DNA of 34,027 nt from Acidimicrobiales bacterium (GTDB lineage Bacteria > Actinomycetota > Acidimicrobiia > Acidimicrobiales > CADCTF01). The DNA lies in NCBI GenBank assembly GCA_046596935.1, contig JBKJLN010000350.1, forward strand, positions 1 to 34,027, written 5' to 3'. The position numbers and the translations under genes were made by a program. The notes beneath the pieces were generated by a model that was not told the origin of the DNA, made no database searches, and worked only from the letters and a program-made list of their open reading frames with translations. Positions 23,710 to 31,765 of this stretch are shown in pieces (position 1 is the stretch's first letter; each line of letters begins with the position of its first letter).

Positions 23710-24125
23710 CTCAGTTGGTCGGTCCACAGGTCGAACGTGCCGCCGACCTGGTAGACCTTGGTTCCCTCCTCATCGATGAAAGCTGACGACAAATCAGCCA
23801 CACGTCGCGAGTAGAGGGACGTCTGCCCTGACGAGCCGAGGTTCAGCACGATGCTGTCCACGGCGTTGATGCAGAGCTGGTCGAGGTTATGGGCCTCGAC
23901 CTGGTCCTTCGAGTAGATCCATACGTCCGCGCCTGCCCGGATGATCTGCCCGCCCCAGTAGAACTGGCGAGGCGAGTAGACGAACTGGTAGACGAGGAAC
24001 GGGTAGGACGTTCCCTCGGGAGCTACGGCCTCGTGGATCTCGTTGCTGATCGCGGCTTTCAAGGCTGCGTTCGCCCGCAACGCCTGCACGAGTCCCTGTT
24101 TGATGGGTGCGAGTGCAGTAGGCAT
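23706..24125 (-). CDS. tail terminator / tail completion protein (DUF3168-like), tentative
   Basis: 139 aa. The pattern L..AL..N..L...I...I.EAVAPEGTSYPFLVYQ and its position between the gp10-like and major tail genes. Confidence 0.5.
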   Translation of the reverse strand: MPTALAPIKQGLVQALRANAALKAAISNEIHEAVAPEGTSYPFLVYQFVYSPRQFYWGGQIIRAGADVWIYSKDQVEAHNLDQLCINAVDSIVLNLGSSGQTSLYSRRVADLSSAFIDEEGTKVYQVGGTFDLWTDQLS

Positions 24126-24127
24126 CG

Positions 24128-24811
24128 CTACCCCTTGAAGATCTCTCGCCAGTTGGCCTTGAAGGCTTCCTTGGCGGGACGCATGAATGGCTGCTCAGCA
24201 TGGCCAGACTTGCCCGCCCGGCCAGCTCCGGCGTAACCGAACTCGACCGGAGCCGAATAGGGTGCGCCGCTCTTGACTTTGCCGCTGACTCGCAGCCCAG
24301 CCTGCAAGGCCGGAGTGCGGTCGATGTGCCCCTGGAGATACCCGCCCGACCTGGCGCTCGTCCGGAGCTTTCCACCGGGTGCTCCTACATGGAGCGGTGA
24401 GACTTCCTGACCACTGCCTGTTCGGTAGCGGATTGTGAAGGCCGCCGTGCTCGACCGGTTCTGACCCTGGATGACCACGCCCTGGAGCGACGACGAGACA
24501 CCAGTGATGGCCTTGATCGTTTCGCCATCGGAGCCACGCTGGCCTGCGTACTTGGCATTCAGTTGCCTGACGACCGCATGACGCTGACGAAGGCTGAGCG
24601 AGGTATTCGCCTGGCGATCCTGGAACGCGGTGACCTTCTCGCCCTTGACTCTGCGACTGGTCTCGCGGGCCTTCTTGCCAACGGGGGCCGCCTTGATCGC
24701 CTCACCGGTGATGAAGTTGAGGCTGCGGTCCACTCCCATTTCCAGCTTGGCCATGATCCGCTCCATCACGGCGGCCTTGTTGGACTTGTACGAGGATCGC
24801 TTCTTGGCCAT
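24128..24811 (-). CDS. HK97 gp10-family neck/tail-completion protein
   Basis: ATG 24811 overlaps the upstream stop (TGATG). Motifs GEAIKAAPVGK... and SGAPYSAPVEFG...AEQPFMRPA are typical of the gp10 family. The longer track ORF (to 25234) is an off-frame extension. Confidence 0.65.
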   Translation of the reverse strand: MAKKRSSYKSNKAAVMERIMAKLEMGVDRSLNFITGEAIKAAPVGKKARETSRRVKGEKVTAFQDRQANTSLSLRQRHAVVRQLNAKYAGQRGSDGETIKAITGVSSSLQGVVIQGQNRSSTAAFTIRYRTGSGQEVSPLHVGAPGGKLRTSARSGGYLQGHIDRTPALQAGLRVSGKVKSGAPYSAPVEFGYAGAGRAGKSGHAEQPFMRPAKEAFKANWREIFKG

Positions 24812-25185
24812 CAGACGAACTTCCTGACCCGAGCCTTCATGAAGATCGGCAGTGAGTCGAGATTGTTGGTGTCGTTGACTACGTAGACGTCGCCGCCGAT
24901 GGCCATCCGGTCTCCGACGTTGACGATGGCGTGGATCGGCAGCCGGACCTCGTACTCGTTGACTGTGCCCTGGAGCTTGTTCGGAGCATCGAGGTTGGTG
25001 TTCTTGATCTCCTTGACCCAGGCCAGATAGGTCGTGGTGCCAGCCCAGCTCTCGCCCGACGTGCCGTACGCGTTCTCTGCGTCGCGAGTTCTGGTCAAGA
25101 CCGTGACCTCGGTCTTCAGATCCTCTGTGATGATCGTGTTGGCCACCCCGCGCAGGACCGACAGGGTCTCCGACGTGATTGGCAT
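24811..25185 (-). CDS. head closure / head-tail joining protein (HK97 gp9/SPP1 gp16-like), tentative
   Basis: 124 aa. Pattern ...VTVLTRT...DAYG...W....TYLAWV........EYEVRLP......GDRM.I.GDVYVV.. and its position in the neck module. Confidence 0.55.
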   Translation of the reverse strand: MPITSETLSVLRGVANTIITEDLKTEVTVLTRTRDAENAYGTSGESWAGTTTYLAWVKEIKNTNLDAPNKLQGTVNEYEVRLPIHAIVNVGDRMAIGGDVYVVNDTNNLDSLPIFMKARVRKFV

Positions 25186-25727
25186 CAGGCAGGTGTCGCA
25201 GGGATCGCCGACAGACGAGCAACCTTGAAGTCAACGCGAGTCACCGTCACGTCGTGGCCTGACAGGTTCACGAAGCTAGCGAAGTCCCAGCCGTTGTCTC
25301 CGTCCGTCAAGAGGCGAGTTGTGACGCACATCAAAACCTGCGTCTTCGTTAGATCAGCAAAGACGCATGGAGCCCACTCGGTGTAGACATCAGAACCGCC
25401 GATCAAGGCTCCCACGAACCCTCCAGAGATGGCGCTCTTGTAGACCACTTTCAGGTCCCCGTAGTAAAGGCCACCCGCGCTCGCTGGGACGATGGCCGCG
25501 AAATACGGCAATCCACCAGGGTTCTGATAGCCGTCAGTGTCCCAGTACACACCGGTCGGTGGATAATCCGACGTTCGCCAGCCACCATCGTTGGGCAACG
25601 TCCAGCCGGAGGCGTTATACCAGTAGACGGAGAACCCATGGCCCATGTCTGATGGCAGCTCTCCGACGCCAAGGGTTTCGTGGTAGTGATCCTCGGCAGG
25701 TCCGGGTTGGAACTGAGTTCTGGTCAT
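25185..25727 (-). CDS. hypothetical aromatic-rich beta protein in the neck module (180 aa)
   Basis: ATGA and TGATG overlaps with both neighbours. Trp/Tyr/Gly-rich N-half (VYWYNASGWTLPNDGGWRTSDYPPTGVYWDTDGYQNPGG). Confidence 0.55.
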   Translation of the reverse strand: MTRTQFQPGPAEDHYHETLGVGELPSDMGHGFSVYWYNASGWTLPNDGGWRTSDYPPTGVYWDTDGYQNPGGLPYFAAIVPASAGGLYYGDLKVVYKSAISGGFVGALIGGSDVYTEWAPCVFADLTKTQVLMCVTTRLLTDGDNGWDFASFVNLSGHDVTVTRVDFKVARLSAIPATPA

Positions 25728-26593
25728 GCCATGGACCTCACGACGTAGGGAGCGAGCATCGAGGCGGCCGGGCCAACGATCCCTGACGAGAGGAAGTTGT
25801 TCTTGCCCTGGCGGAGTTCGACCTCTTCGACCTTGATCCCGGACAGGCCCGACAGACCGGAGCTGGCGATCGACGCCGCACCCACGACATCGGTGACGAG
25901 CATGGCGGTTGCACGTGCAACCGCATTCGGGATCTTGTAGTGGTAGGTGAGCGTGTACTGCTCACCCGGAGTCGTCGGCGTGCTGAGAGCAACCGTGCCC
26001 TCGGTTCGATTGACGGTGTAGTTCGCACCAGCCACGGTTGTCCCGTTCTTCTTGAGGACGATGTTGGCATCGGTGAAGAACTGGTTGTCGGCGTAGAGCG
26101 TCGAGCCTGAAGCTGTGACCAGCGACTCGTCGGTCGCGGTGAAGTCATAGCCGTAGGTGTAGGTGAGCTTGGCGACAGGCTGCCGCAACCCGATGTTCGG
26201 CAAGATCCCGTAGCCGAAGACACCGAAGGTCGTCAGCGCCAGATCGACCGGCTCCACCCAGCTCTCGGTGGAATGAACGTACAGCGAGTTCGCCTGGTTG
26301 AAGAGGATGCTCTGGTTGTTGGTGATCTCGATCTTCAGCGAGGCGACGGTCTTGATCGGACGGTTGAACGGCCACACCCGGTTGGAAGGCGAACGCTTGA
26401 TGTTGCCCGTATCCCAGACGTGCTGTTCATCGGTGACGGAACCGCCGCGAAAGTCGTAACCCGCAGGCACGCAGCAGTAGGCGTTGACCAGCGCGCTGGC
26501 GTTGGCGATGTGATTCGCCAGGACACCATCGCTCGGCAGGCTCGCGCCAGTTCCCATCGTTCGATATCGGGCTGGTGTGAGGTACTGCGGCAT
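25724..26593 (-). CDS. head-tail connector/adaptor-like protein with an inserted beta module, tentative
   Basis: 289 aa. ATG 26593 preceded by GGAGG. The N-terminus YLTPARYRTMGTG....DGVLANHIANASALVNAY resembles gp6/gp15-type adaptors. First gene after the capsid gene. Confidence 0.5.
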   Translation of the reverse strand: MPQYLTPARYRTMGTGASLPSDGVLANHIANASALVNAYCCVPAGYDFRGGSVTDEQHVWDTGNIKRSPSNRVWPFNRPIKTVASLKIEITNNQSILFNQANSLYVHSTESWVEPVDLALTTFGVFGYGILPNIGLRQPVAKLTYTYGYDFTATDESLVTASGSTLYADNQFFTDANIVLKKNGTTVAGANYTVNRTEGTVALSTPTTPGEQYTLTYHYKIPNAVARATAMLVTDVVGAASIASSGLSGLSGIKVEEVELRQGKNNFLSSGIVGPAASMLAPYVVRSMA

Positions 26594-27089
26594 CGGGCCT
26601 CCGAGTTACCATGTGGGGATGAAGACTCTCGCCGAACGCTTCTGGTCGAAGGTTCATCAAGGCCCCACTGGCTGCTGGCTATGGACAGCCTCAGTTGATG
26701 GACGGGGCTATGGAAAGATCCAGACCGGCACGTTTGCCGCACCGAAGTACGAACAAGCGCATCGAGTTGCCTGGAGGCTCTTCCACGGTGAGGAAGCCGT
26801 CGCGAACGTCCTGCATCGCTGCGACACGAGACGATGTTGCCGACCGAACCATCTATTCGATGGATCGATCCAGGACAACCACGACGACATGTGGGCCAAG
26901 GGTCGAGGAAAGCACGGAACCGACAAGTCAGGAGCGAAGCTCGATCCCGATCGGGTCCGTGCCATCCGACGATCCGCGTCAGCCGGTGAGAGCCTGTCCT
27001 CGTTGAGTCGTCAGTACGGAGTTTCCGTTCCGACGATCTTCAAGGTGGTTCACCGGCTGAGTTGGACCCGCGTTCAGGATCAAGCCTGA
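26594..27089 (+). mobile_element. putative free-standing homing-endonuclease insertion (antisense to the late operon)
   Basis: A 496-nt segment between the capsid and connector genes. It contains only an opposite-strand HNH gene paralogous to 2010..2579 and 23218..23709. Confidence 0.4.
26619..27089 (+). CDS. HNH homing endonuclease (HNH_3-type plus HTH), paralog 3 of 3
   Basis: ATG 26619. Motifs FWSKV....GCWLWT.S.DGRGYGKI......AHRVAWRL.HG......VLHRCD.RRCC.P.HLF.G...DN..D, then KLDPDRVRAIR.....GESLSSLSRQYGVSVPTIFKVV....W. The 3' end overlaps the capsid gene 3' end by 10 nt (convergent). Confidence 0.8.
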   Translation: MKTLAERFWSKVHQGPTGCWLWTASVDGRGYGKIQTGTFAAPKYEQAHRVAWRLFHGEEAVANVLHRCDTRRCCRPNHLFDGSIQDNHDDMWAKGRGKHGTDKSGAKLDPDRVRAIRRSASAGESLSSLSRQYGVSVPTIFKVVHRLSWTRVQDQA

Positions 27090-28375
27090 CGGACGCGGAC
27101 CTTGTTGCTGAACGTCGGAGCCTTGACAGCAAGGCCCCACATCCCGAAGATGATGAACAGGTGGGTGAGCTGACCCGAGACACCCATCGGGATGTCGAGC
27201 ACAGTCGGACCGTCGCTGCCCAGGTACGGGATGCTGATGCTGTTCTCGTCGAGGAGGTAGATGTCCGACACGGTGTTACCCGAGTAGGTGTACGTCCCGA
27301 CCGAGTCACCAGCGACGACGAAGAGCGGGGTGCCGCCGAACACGGTGTTGATCGTGTTCACCTGCACGCCGAGACCGACGTTGGTGTAGTTGTCCATGTA
27401 GCGGACGTTCTTGTCCTGCTGGACGTCGATCTGGCCCTTGGTGACCGGAGCGAGGTACGCCACATCGATGCGGCCAGCGAGCTGCATGGTCGTGATCGAG
27501 GCGGTGTTGATCGCGGCGCGCATGTCCTCGGGGGTGGCAGCGGTCGGATTCACGTTCACGGCGTTGGCCGTGTTGAGAATCTTGCGCAGGCCGTCGAACG
27601 AGTTCGCGTCGTACAGCCCGTCCTCGGTGGAGGCGGTGCCGGACGAGACGGTCGCGTTGCCCTGGAAGATGGTCTTCTGCATCTTGTGGGCGATGGCACG
27701 GAGACCGGCCTGCATCTCAAGCTGCTCCGGGTTGAACCCTGCGCCGCCCGCGAGGGTGGCGTACTGGTTCTTGAGCGAGACGCCGCGCCGAGTGGCGAGG
27801 ACCGCGATCGGGGTTGTCGCCCGCTCGTAGACCGCCGTGTCATCGGTGACAGTTCCCAGCTCGGTCATGAACTGGGCGTCGCCGAAGCTCGTGCTCCGGT
27901 TGTAGGCGTGGACCAGGCCGTTCGCAGGCTCCTTGCGGAACCGATCCCAGGCCGGGAACTCGCGGATGTACAGCTCGTACAGGAGCGGCTCCAGATCCTG
28001 TCGGATCAGGGCAGCGCCACCAGCCGTGTCGAGAGCCTTCTGGAGGAACGGATCGCCCGAGATTGCAGCTTCGATCGATCGGCCACCACCCGAAGCCATC
28101 CAGACATCGACGGGGATGCCCTGGTTCTGCTTGCGAGCCTGTGAGCTGAACATCGCGCCGAGCTGAGGCGTGCTCATCTTGTGGAGACGCTCGCGCAGCT
28201 CGACCTGGTCGGCTGCGGAGAGGAAGCGACGAGGAGCAAGCTCAGGCCCATCGCCCGCGCCAACCTTCGCGACAGCCGGGTTCGGCGTGTCGTTCTGGCT
28301 GTCGAGAGCGGGACCGAGTTCGCCCAGCGCCTCTTTGATCTTCTTGAGGCTTTCCGGAGAAAGCTCGAAACCCAC
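27080..28375 (-). CDS. major capsid protein (HK97 fold)
   Basis: GTG 28375 lies 4 nt after the protease stop, with GGAAAGGGA upstream. ...DTAGGAALIRQDLEPLLYELYIREFPAWDRF...GLVHAYNR... and overall length/composition fit HK97-type capsid proteins. Directly follows the protease. Confidence 0.85.
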   Translation of the reverse strand: MGFELSPESLKKIKEALGELGPALDSQNDTPNPAVAKVGAGDGPELAPRRFLSAADQVELRERLHKMSTPQLGAMFSSQARKQNQGIPVDVWMASGGGRSIEAAISGDPFLQKALDTAGGAALIRQDLEPLLYELYIREFPAWDRFRKEPANGLVHAYNRSTSFGDAQFMTELGTVTDDTAVYERATTPIAVLATRRGVSLKNQYATLAGGAGFNPEQLEMQAGLRAIAHKMQKTIFQGNATVSSGTASTEDGLYDANSFDGLRKILNTANAVNVNPTAATPEDMRAAINTASITTMQLAGRIDVAYLAPVTKGQIDVQQDKNVRYMDNYTNVGLGVQVNTINTVFGGTPLFVVAGDSVGTYTYSGNTVSDIYLLDENSISIPYLGSDGPTVLDIPMGVSGQLTHLFIIFGMWGLAVKAPTFSNKVRVRQA

Positions 28376-28379
28376 GGTA

Positions 28380-29558
28380 TTAGTCCCTTTCCAGCATCTT
28401 GAGGAAGCCTTCGTCATAGATCCCGGCGAACCGGGACTGGAAGGTCTTCACGGGACCCGTGAACGCGGTCTTGCGTCCAAGCGGGGTCTTGGCGATGGTG
28501 GCGATGATCTCGGCTGCGTCGGTCAGCATCGCGTCCTTCTCAAGCACCTTGGCCAGAGCCAGATCACGCTCACCCTGGGCCGTATCCCGCTCTGCCACGG
28601 CCTGTTCAAGGCTGGCGATGAGCGAGAGAATCAAGTCCTTGGTGGTCGGATCGTTCTCTGAGGCGGTATGAGCGACGGCTGCTGCCTTGGCGGCTTCGAG
28701 GTCCACGGGACTCGTGGGTTCCTCGGCCTTGATGGCCTCGTTCGTTGCCGGGGCGTCGGCGGCGGTGTCCCCTTCGGGAGCCGCGTTGGCCAGGTTGTCA
28801 GTTGGAGCGGCTGGTGCCTCGTCCGTCGGCTCGCTCGTGGCCTCGGAAGTCTCGGGCGCGTCCTTCGGCTTCAGGTCAGCCAGGGCTGCCTTGGCCTTCT
28901 CGTCATCGGTGAGGCCCGGCTCAAGCTCGGGCTCATCCTCTTCTCCGTGGACGCTCTTGATCGCCTTGACGGCGTTCTGCACCCAGGAGCGAGGGTTGGC
29001 GGGGATGCCCACGATGGACGCTTCGAGAAGGTCAACCTTCTTGATGGTCATGCCACCGAAGAAGCCCTTCTCCTTGTCCTTGAACTCCCACTCGCTGATC
29101 ATCGCGCCGATGGACACGCCGAGCTTGACGCCCTGGTCCTTCAGCGCGGCGTAGGTGTTGACGGCGCGAGGGTTGGCTTCGTTCACGACCATGTCGAGGT
29201 CGAAGTCCCAAACGGCCTTGCCCTCGGCGTTCGCGGAGCGGCTGACCGTTCGCGTGTCCACCGTGCTGCCGAAGACGTCCTCGGGGACCGCGTACTTGTG
29301 GTTCAGGAAGATCGTCATGTTCTTGATCTTGGCCTGCGAGGCCATGTCCCGAACGCAGTCGTCGGTCATGGTGTCGCCGTGCAGATCCTCGACGGACGAG
29401 GAAGCGGTGCAACTCAGGAGCTTGCGGCCGTTGTCCTCGTACGCCTTCAGCGCACCAGTGAAGATCTTGAACTTGGGATCGTTGCCCTCTTCACCGCCCA
29501 GCGTGCTTCGGAGGGTTGCGACGGGCAGAGCGACGGGCAGAGCGATTGGATCTGACAT
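28380..29558 (-). CDS. prohead (capsid maturation) protease fused to an acidic scaffold-like C-terminal region
   Basis: ATG 29558 preceded by GGAGG. HK97-type protease motifs SSSVEDLHGDTMT, FLNHKY, GVSIGAM and LLEASIVGIPANPRSWV. These are followed by an about 70-aa Pro/Glu/Ala/Thr-rich linker and a helical tail. Confidence 0.85.
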   Translation of the reverse strand: MSDPIALPVALPVATLRSTLGGEEGNDPKFKIFTGALKAYEDNGRKLLSCTASSSVEDLHGDTMTDDCVRDMASQAKIKNMTIFLNHKYAVPEDVFGSTVDTRTVSRSANAEGKAVWDFDLDMVVNEANPRAVNTYAALKDQGVKLGVSIGAMISEWEFKDKEKGFFGGMTIKKVDLLEASIVGIPANPRSWVQNAVKAIKSVHGEEDEPELEPGLTDDEKAKAALADLKPKDAPETSEATSEPTDEAPAAPTDNLANAAPEGDTAADAPATNEAIKAEEPTSPVDLEAAKAAAVAHTASENDPTTKDLILSLIASLEQAVAERDTAQGERDLALAKVLEKDAMLTDAAEIIATIAKTPLGRKTAFTGPVKTFQSRFAGIYDEGFLKMLERD

Positions 29559-30819
29559 GGGGGCCTCCAGGACTTCCAGCGGGTTGCTGGGCCAGTCCAT
29601 CGATGAGAGAGGAGAACTCGGCAGCGGCGGTGTCCCACGAGAAGCTCGTGAGGACGTGGTTGCGGCCTGCTTCTCCAAGGTCTCGCCGGAGATCCCGGTC
29701 GAGATAGAGGGTCTCGATTGCTTTGGTGAACTCGGACACGTTCGGGAGCCACTGGTCGTGACCTGCGAACACCGCGATCAGTCGTTCTGGCTCAATGAGC
29801 AGGCCGCCAGGCCCGACCACTTCTGTGATCGATGAACAGTTCTGGGCCACGATCGGAATAGCTGTCGCGGCGGCCTCGGCGAGAGTCAGGCCGAAGCCCT
29901 CGCCCCACGATGTGGACACGAACAGGTCGGCGGCGTTGTAGAGGATCGCGAGATCCTGCTCCTGCCAGCCTTGAACCGTGTTGTGCTTGCCGGGGAAGGT
30001 GAACCGGCTGGCGGTCTCCTCATCACGGCTGAAGAGTTCCGGCAGCTCCATCCCGTCGCCCTGGCCCTTGCAATGGAACCAGGCGTGCATGTCCGGGTAT
30101 TTCTTCATCAGCGGAACCAGAGCCCGCCAGGTGTCGGCGTAGTTCTTGCGATCGGAGTTGCGATCGACCCGCAGGACCAGGAACCCGTCCGGGTCCACGC
30201 CAACTGCCGCCTTGGCTTCCCGCTTGGACGTGACCTTGAGGCCAGTCGAAGTGGTCAGCGGAGCGTCTGGTGCGGCCGGGCGGTAGATCTTGTCATCGAC
30301 GCCGTGGTAGATCATCGGTGCGGACTTCAGGATCTTCTGACCGAACCGGCTCATCGCGACCGGATGGAATGATGGGCCGGTGCCACCCTCCATGGGTTCG
30401 AGCTGGTCCCGGAAGACCGTGGGCAGCTTCTGCCATGTCTCTGGCTGGTTGATGCCGTCGATCGGCATGTAGGCGATGATCGGCCGGAAGCGTGCCAGGA
30501 TCAGATCCGTGTCGTGCTTGTTGCGGAAGATCAGCTTCATCAGCGCGAACGGGTCCTGGATCATGACCACGACATCGGGCATGACTTCGCCCAGCATCTC
30601 GACGTAGCGAGCGGTGCCGTAGACGTCTCGCGGATCGTTCCGGTTGGCGCGATACAGCTTCATCGGTGTCGGCCACTTGCCCGCGTCGCCATCAAAGTTG
30701 ATGGCCAGGCAGTGGACGTCATGGCCGTACTTGGTGACGAGCCGGTCTCCGATGGAGTGAGTCACTCGCCCGAAGCCCGTGTGGGCTCCTGCGTCAGCGA
30801 TGAAGAGAACCCGAGCCAT
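29491..30819 (-). CDS. GT4-family (GT-B fold) glycosyltransferase
   Basis: 442 aa. ARVLFIADAGAHTGFGRV N-terminus and the C-terminal LYNAADLFVSTSWGEGFGLTLAEAAATAIPIVAQ (E-x7-E type) signature. ATG preceded by GGAGG. The 3' tail overlaps the protease start by 68 nt. Confidence 0.85.
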   Translation of the reverse strand: MARVLFIADAGAHTGFGRVTHSIGDRLVTKYGHDVHCLAINFDGDAGKWPTPMKLYRANRNDPRDVYGTARYVEMLGEVMPDVVVMIQDPFALMKLIFRNKHDTDLILARFRPIIAYMPIDGINQPETWQKLPTVFRDQLEPMEGGTGPSFHPVAMSRFGQKILKSAPMIYHGVDDKIYRPAAPDAPLTTSTGLKVTSKREAKAAVGVDPDGFLVLRVDRNSDRKNYADTWRALVPLMKKYPDMHAWFHCKGQGDGMELPELFSRDEETASRFTFPGKHNTVQGWQEQDLAILYNAADLFVSTSWGEGFGLTLAEAAATAIPIVAQNCSSITEVVGPGGLLIEPERLIAVFAGHDQWLPNVSEFTKAIETLYLDRDLRRDLGEAGRNHVLTSFSWDTAAAEFSSLIDGLAQQPAGSPGGPHVRSNRSARRSARRNPPKHAGR

Positions 30820-30834
30820 AAGCCTCCGGGGCAG

Positions 30835-30866
30835 ACAGAAGCCCCGCTATCCAGAGCGGGGCTTCT
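30835..30866 (-). other. perfect 12-bp stem-loop 15 nt upstream of the GT4 start
   Basis: CAGAAGCCCCGC-TCTGGATA-GCGGGGCTTCTG, with a second 7-bp hairpin (ACCCTGG/CCAGGGT) at about 30873-30896. No U-tract. Possible roles: leader structure, processing site or I-shaped terminator. Confidence 0.4.
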
Positions 30867-30969
30867 GTGAGGGCAACCCTGGGAATCGCGCCAGGGTCGC
30901 GGAAGTTACGTTGTGATCACGTCGCCATTCGACGTTTGGAGCCTCTGAAGCTCCGTTGAAGCTGGAGCG

Positions 30970-30999
30970 ACTCTACTTCATCGATGAAGGGCTTTGCAA
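30970..30999 (-). promoter_or_regulatory. sigma70-like promoter candidate with a palindrome in the spacer
   Basis: Minus strand reads TTGCAA - 18 nt - TAGAGT. The spacer contains the perfect 14-nt palindrome CTTCATCGATGAAG (30976-30989). It lies directly after the stop of the upstream gene, about 150 nt before the GT4 start. Confidence 0.35.
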
Positions 31000-31004
31000 G
31001 ACGC

Positions 31005-31247
31005 CTAGCCCTTCTTGTTGGGCTCGATGTCGCCTCGCTGGAGGTCGGCGGGAAGCGTTGCCGAGCGATCCGGCGACTCCGGGACCGTCTTGGTCTCGGT
31101 GGAAGGCGTGGATGCGGTGGCATCCGTGGTCGTGATCACGTCGCCGTCAGGCGCTGTCGTGGTGGTGCTCTGCTCGTTGCCCATGTCGGCTCTCCTGCTG
31201 GGTACACGGTCATGGCCGTGCAACCCCTTGATGATGCGGCCTGTCAT
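31005..31247 (-). CDS. small Thr/Ser-rich acidic, probably disordered protein (80 aa, or 60 aa from ATG 31185)
   Basis: Sequence ...MGNEQSTTTTAPDGDVITTTDATASTPSTETKTVPESPDRSATLPADLQRGDIEPNKKG. The internal ATG 31185 has a better AGGAGA site, so the start is uncertain. Confidence 0.5.
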   Translation of the reverse strand: MTGRIIKGLHGHDRVPSRRADMGNEQSTTTTAPDGDVITTTDATASTPSTETKTVPESPDRSATLPADLQRGDIEPNKKG

Positions 31248-31256
31248 GTTGCTTCC

Positions 31257-31454
31257 CTATTCCTTCGCGGGCGGGAAGCAATACTCGCAGAGATCGTCTT
31301 GATCGCTGACATCATCGAGGATCGCGGCGTTCGCGTCGTCGAGGTTGCATCGCTCGTCCACGCGCCAGGAACCCTTGATCTTGATCTGCTCGTGGATCTT
31401 GCCGGAACCAGTGCGGACGTAGCGGGTCTGGGTGTAGACGAGCGACTCGTTCAT
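31257..31454 (-). CDS. hypothetical protein (65 aa)
   Basis: ATG 31454 lies 2 nt after the upstream TAG. Product MNESLVYTQTRYVRTGSGKIHEQIKIKGSWRVDERCNLDD...CEYCFPPAKE. The longer track ORF start (31526) would overlap the preceding gene. Confidence 0.5.
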   Translation of the reverse strand: MNESLVYTQTRYVRTGSGKIHEQIKIKGSWRVDERCNLDDANAAILDDVSDQDDLCEYCFPPAKE

Positions 31455-31456
31455 CT

Positions 31457-31756
31457 CTAGGCCACCACAACACTGGCAGTGGCAACCTGGGCGTCGGTGG
31501 TGGCGTTGCGAAGGGTCACAGTCCACGTACCCGAGGCCGGGAACGTGACGTCATCCCACTGGTGCTTCTCGGCCTGGCTCGGGGCGAACTTGTGGCTGAT
31601 CAGATCGTCCTGACCGGCCAGGCGACCACGGATGCGATAGGTGATCTCGGTGCCGTCGGCGGCGTTCGCGGGTGTGCCCGTGACGTAGATGTGGCAGGTT
31701 GACTTGACTGCCGTGATGGCCCCGGACGCCGGGACAATGGTGAGAGCTGCGGCCAT
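31457..31756 (-). CDS. small beta-rich (Ig-like?) protein (99 aa)
   Basis: ATG preceded by TAGGAGGAAG. Alternating beta-strand-like pattern (ITAVKSTCHIYVTGTPA...TEITYRIRG...GTWTVTLRNATT...ATASVVVA). Confidence 0.6.
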   Translation of the reverse strand: MAAALTIVPASGAITAVKSTCHIYVTGTPANAADGTEITYRIRGRLAGQDDLISHKFAPSQAEKHQWDDVTFPASGTWTVTLRNATTDAQVATASVVVA

Positions 31757-31765
31757 TGCTTCCTC

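Noticed and set aside
27062-29555. 360-aa and 295-aa plus-strand ORFs antisense to the capsid and protease genes
   Set aside because: Both are Val/Arg/Gly/Asp-rich shadows. The minus-strand products carry recognisable capsid and protease motifs.
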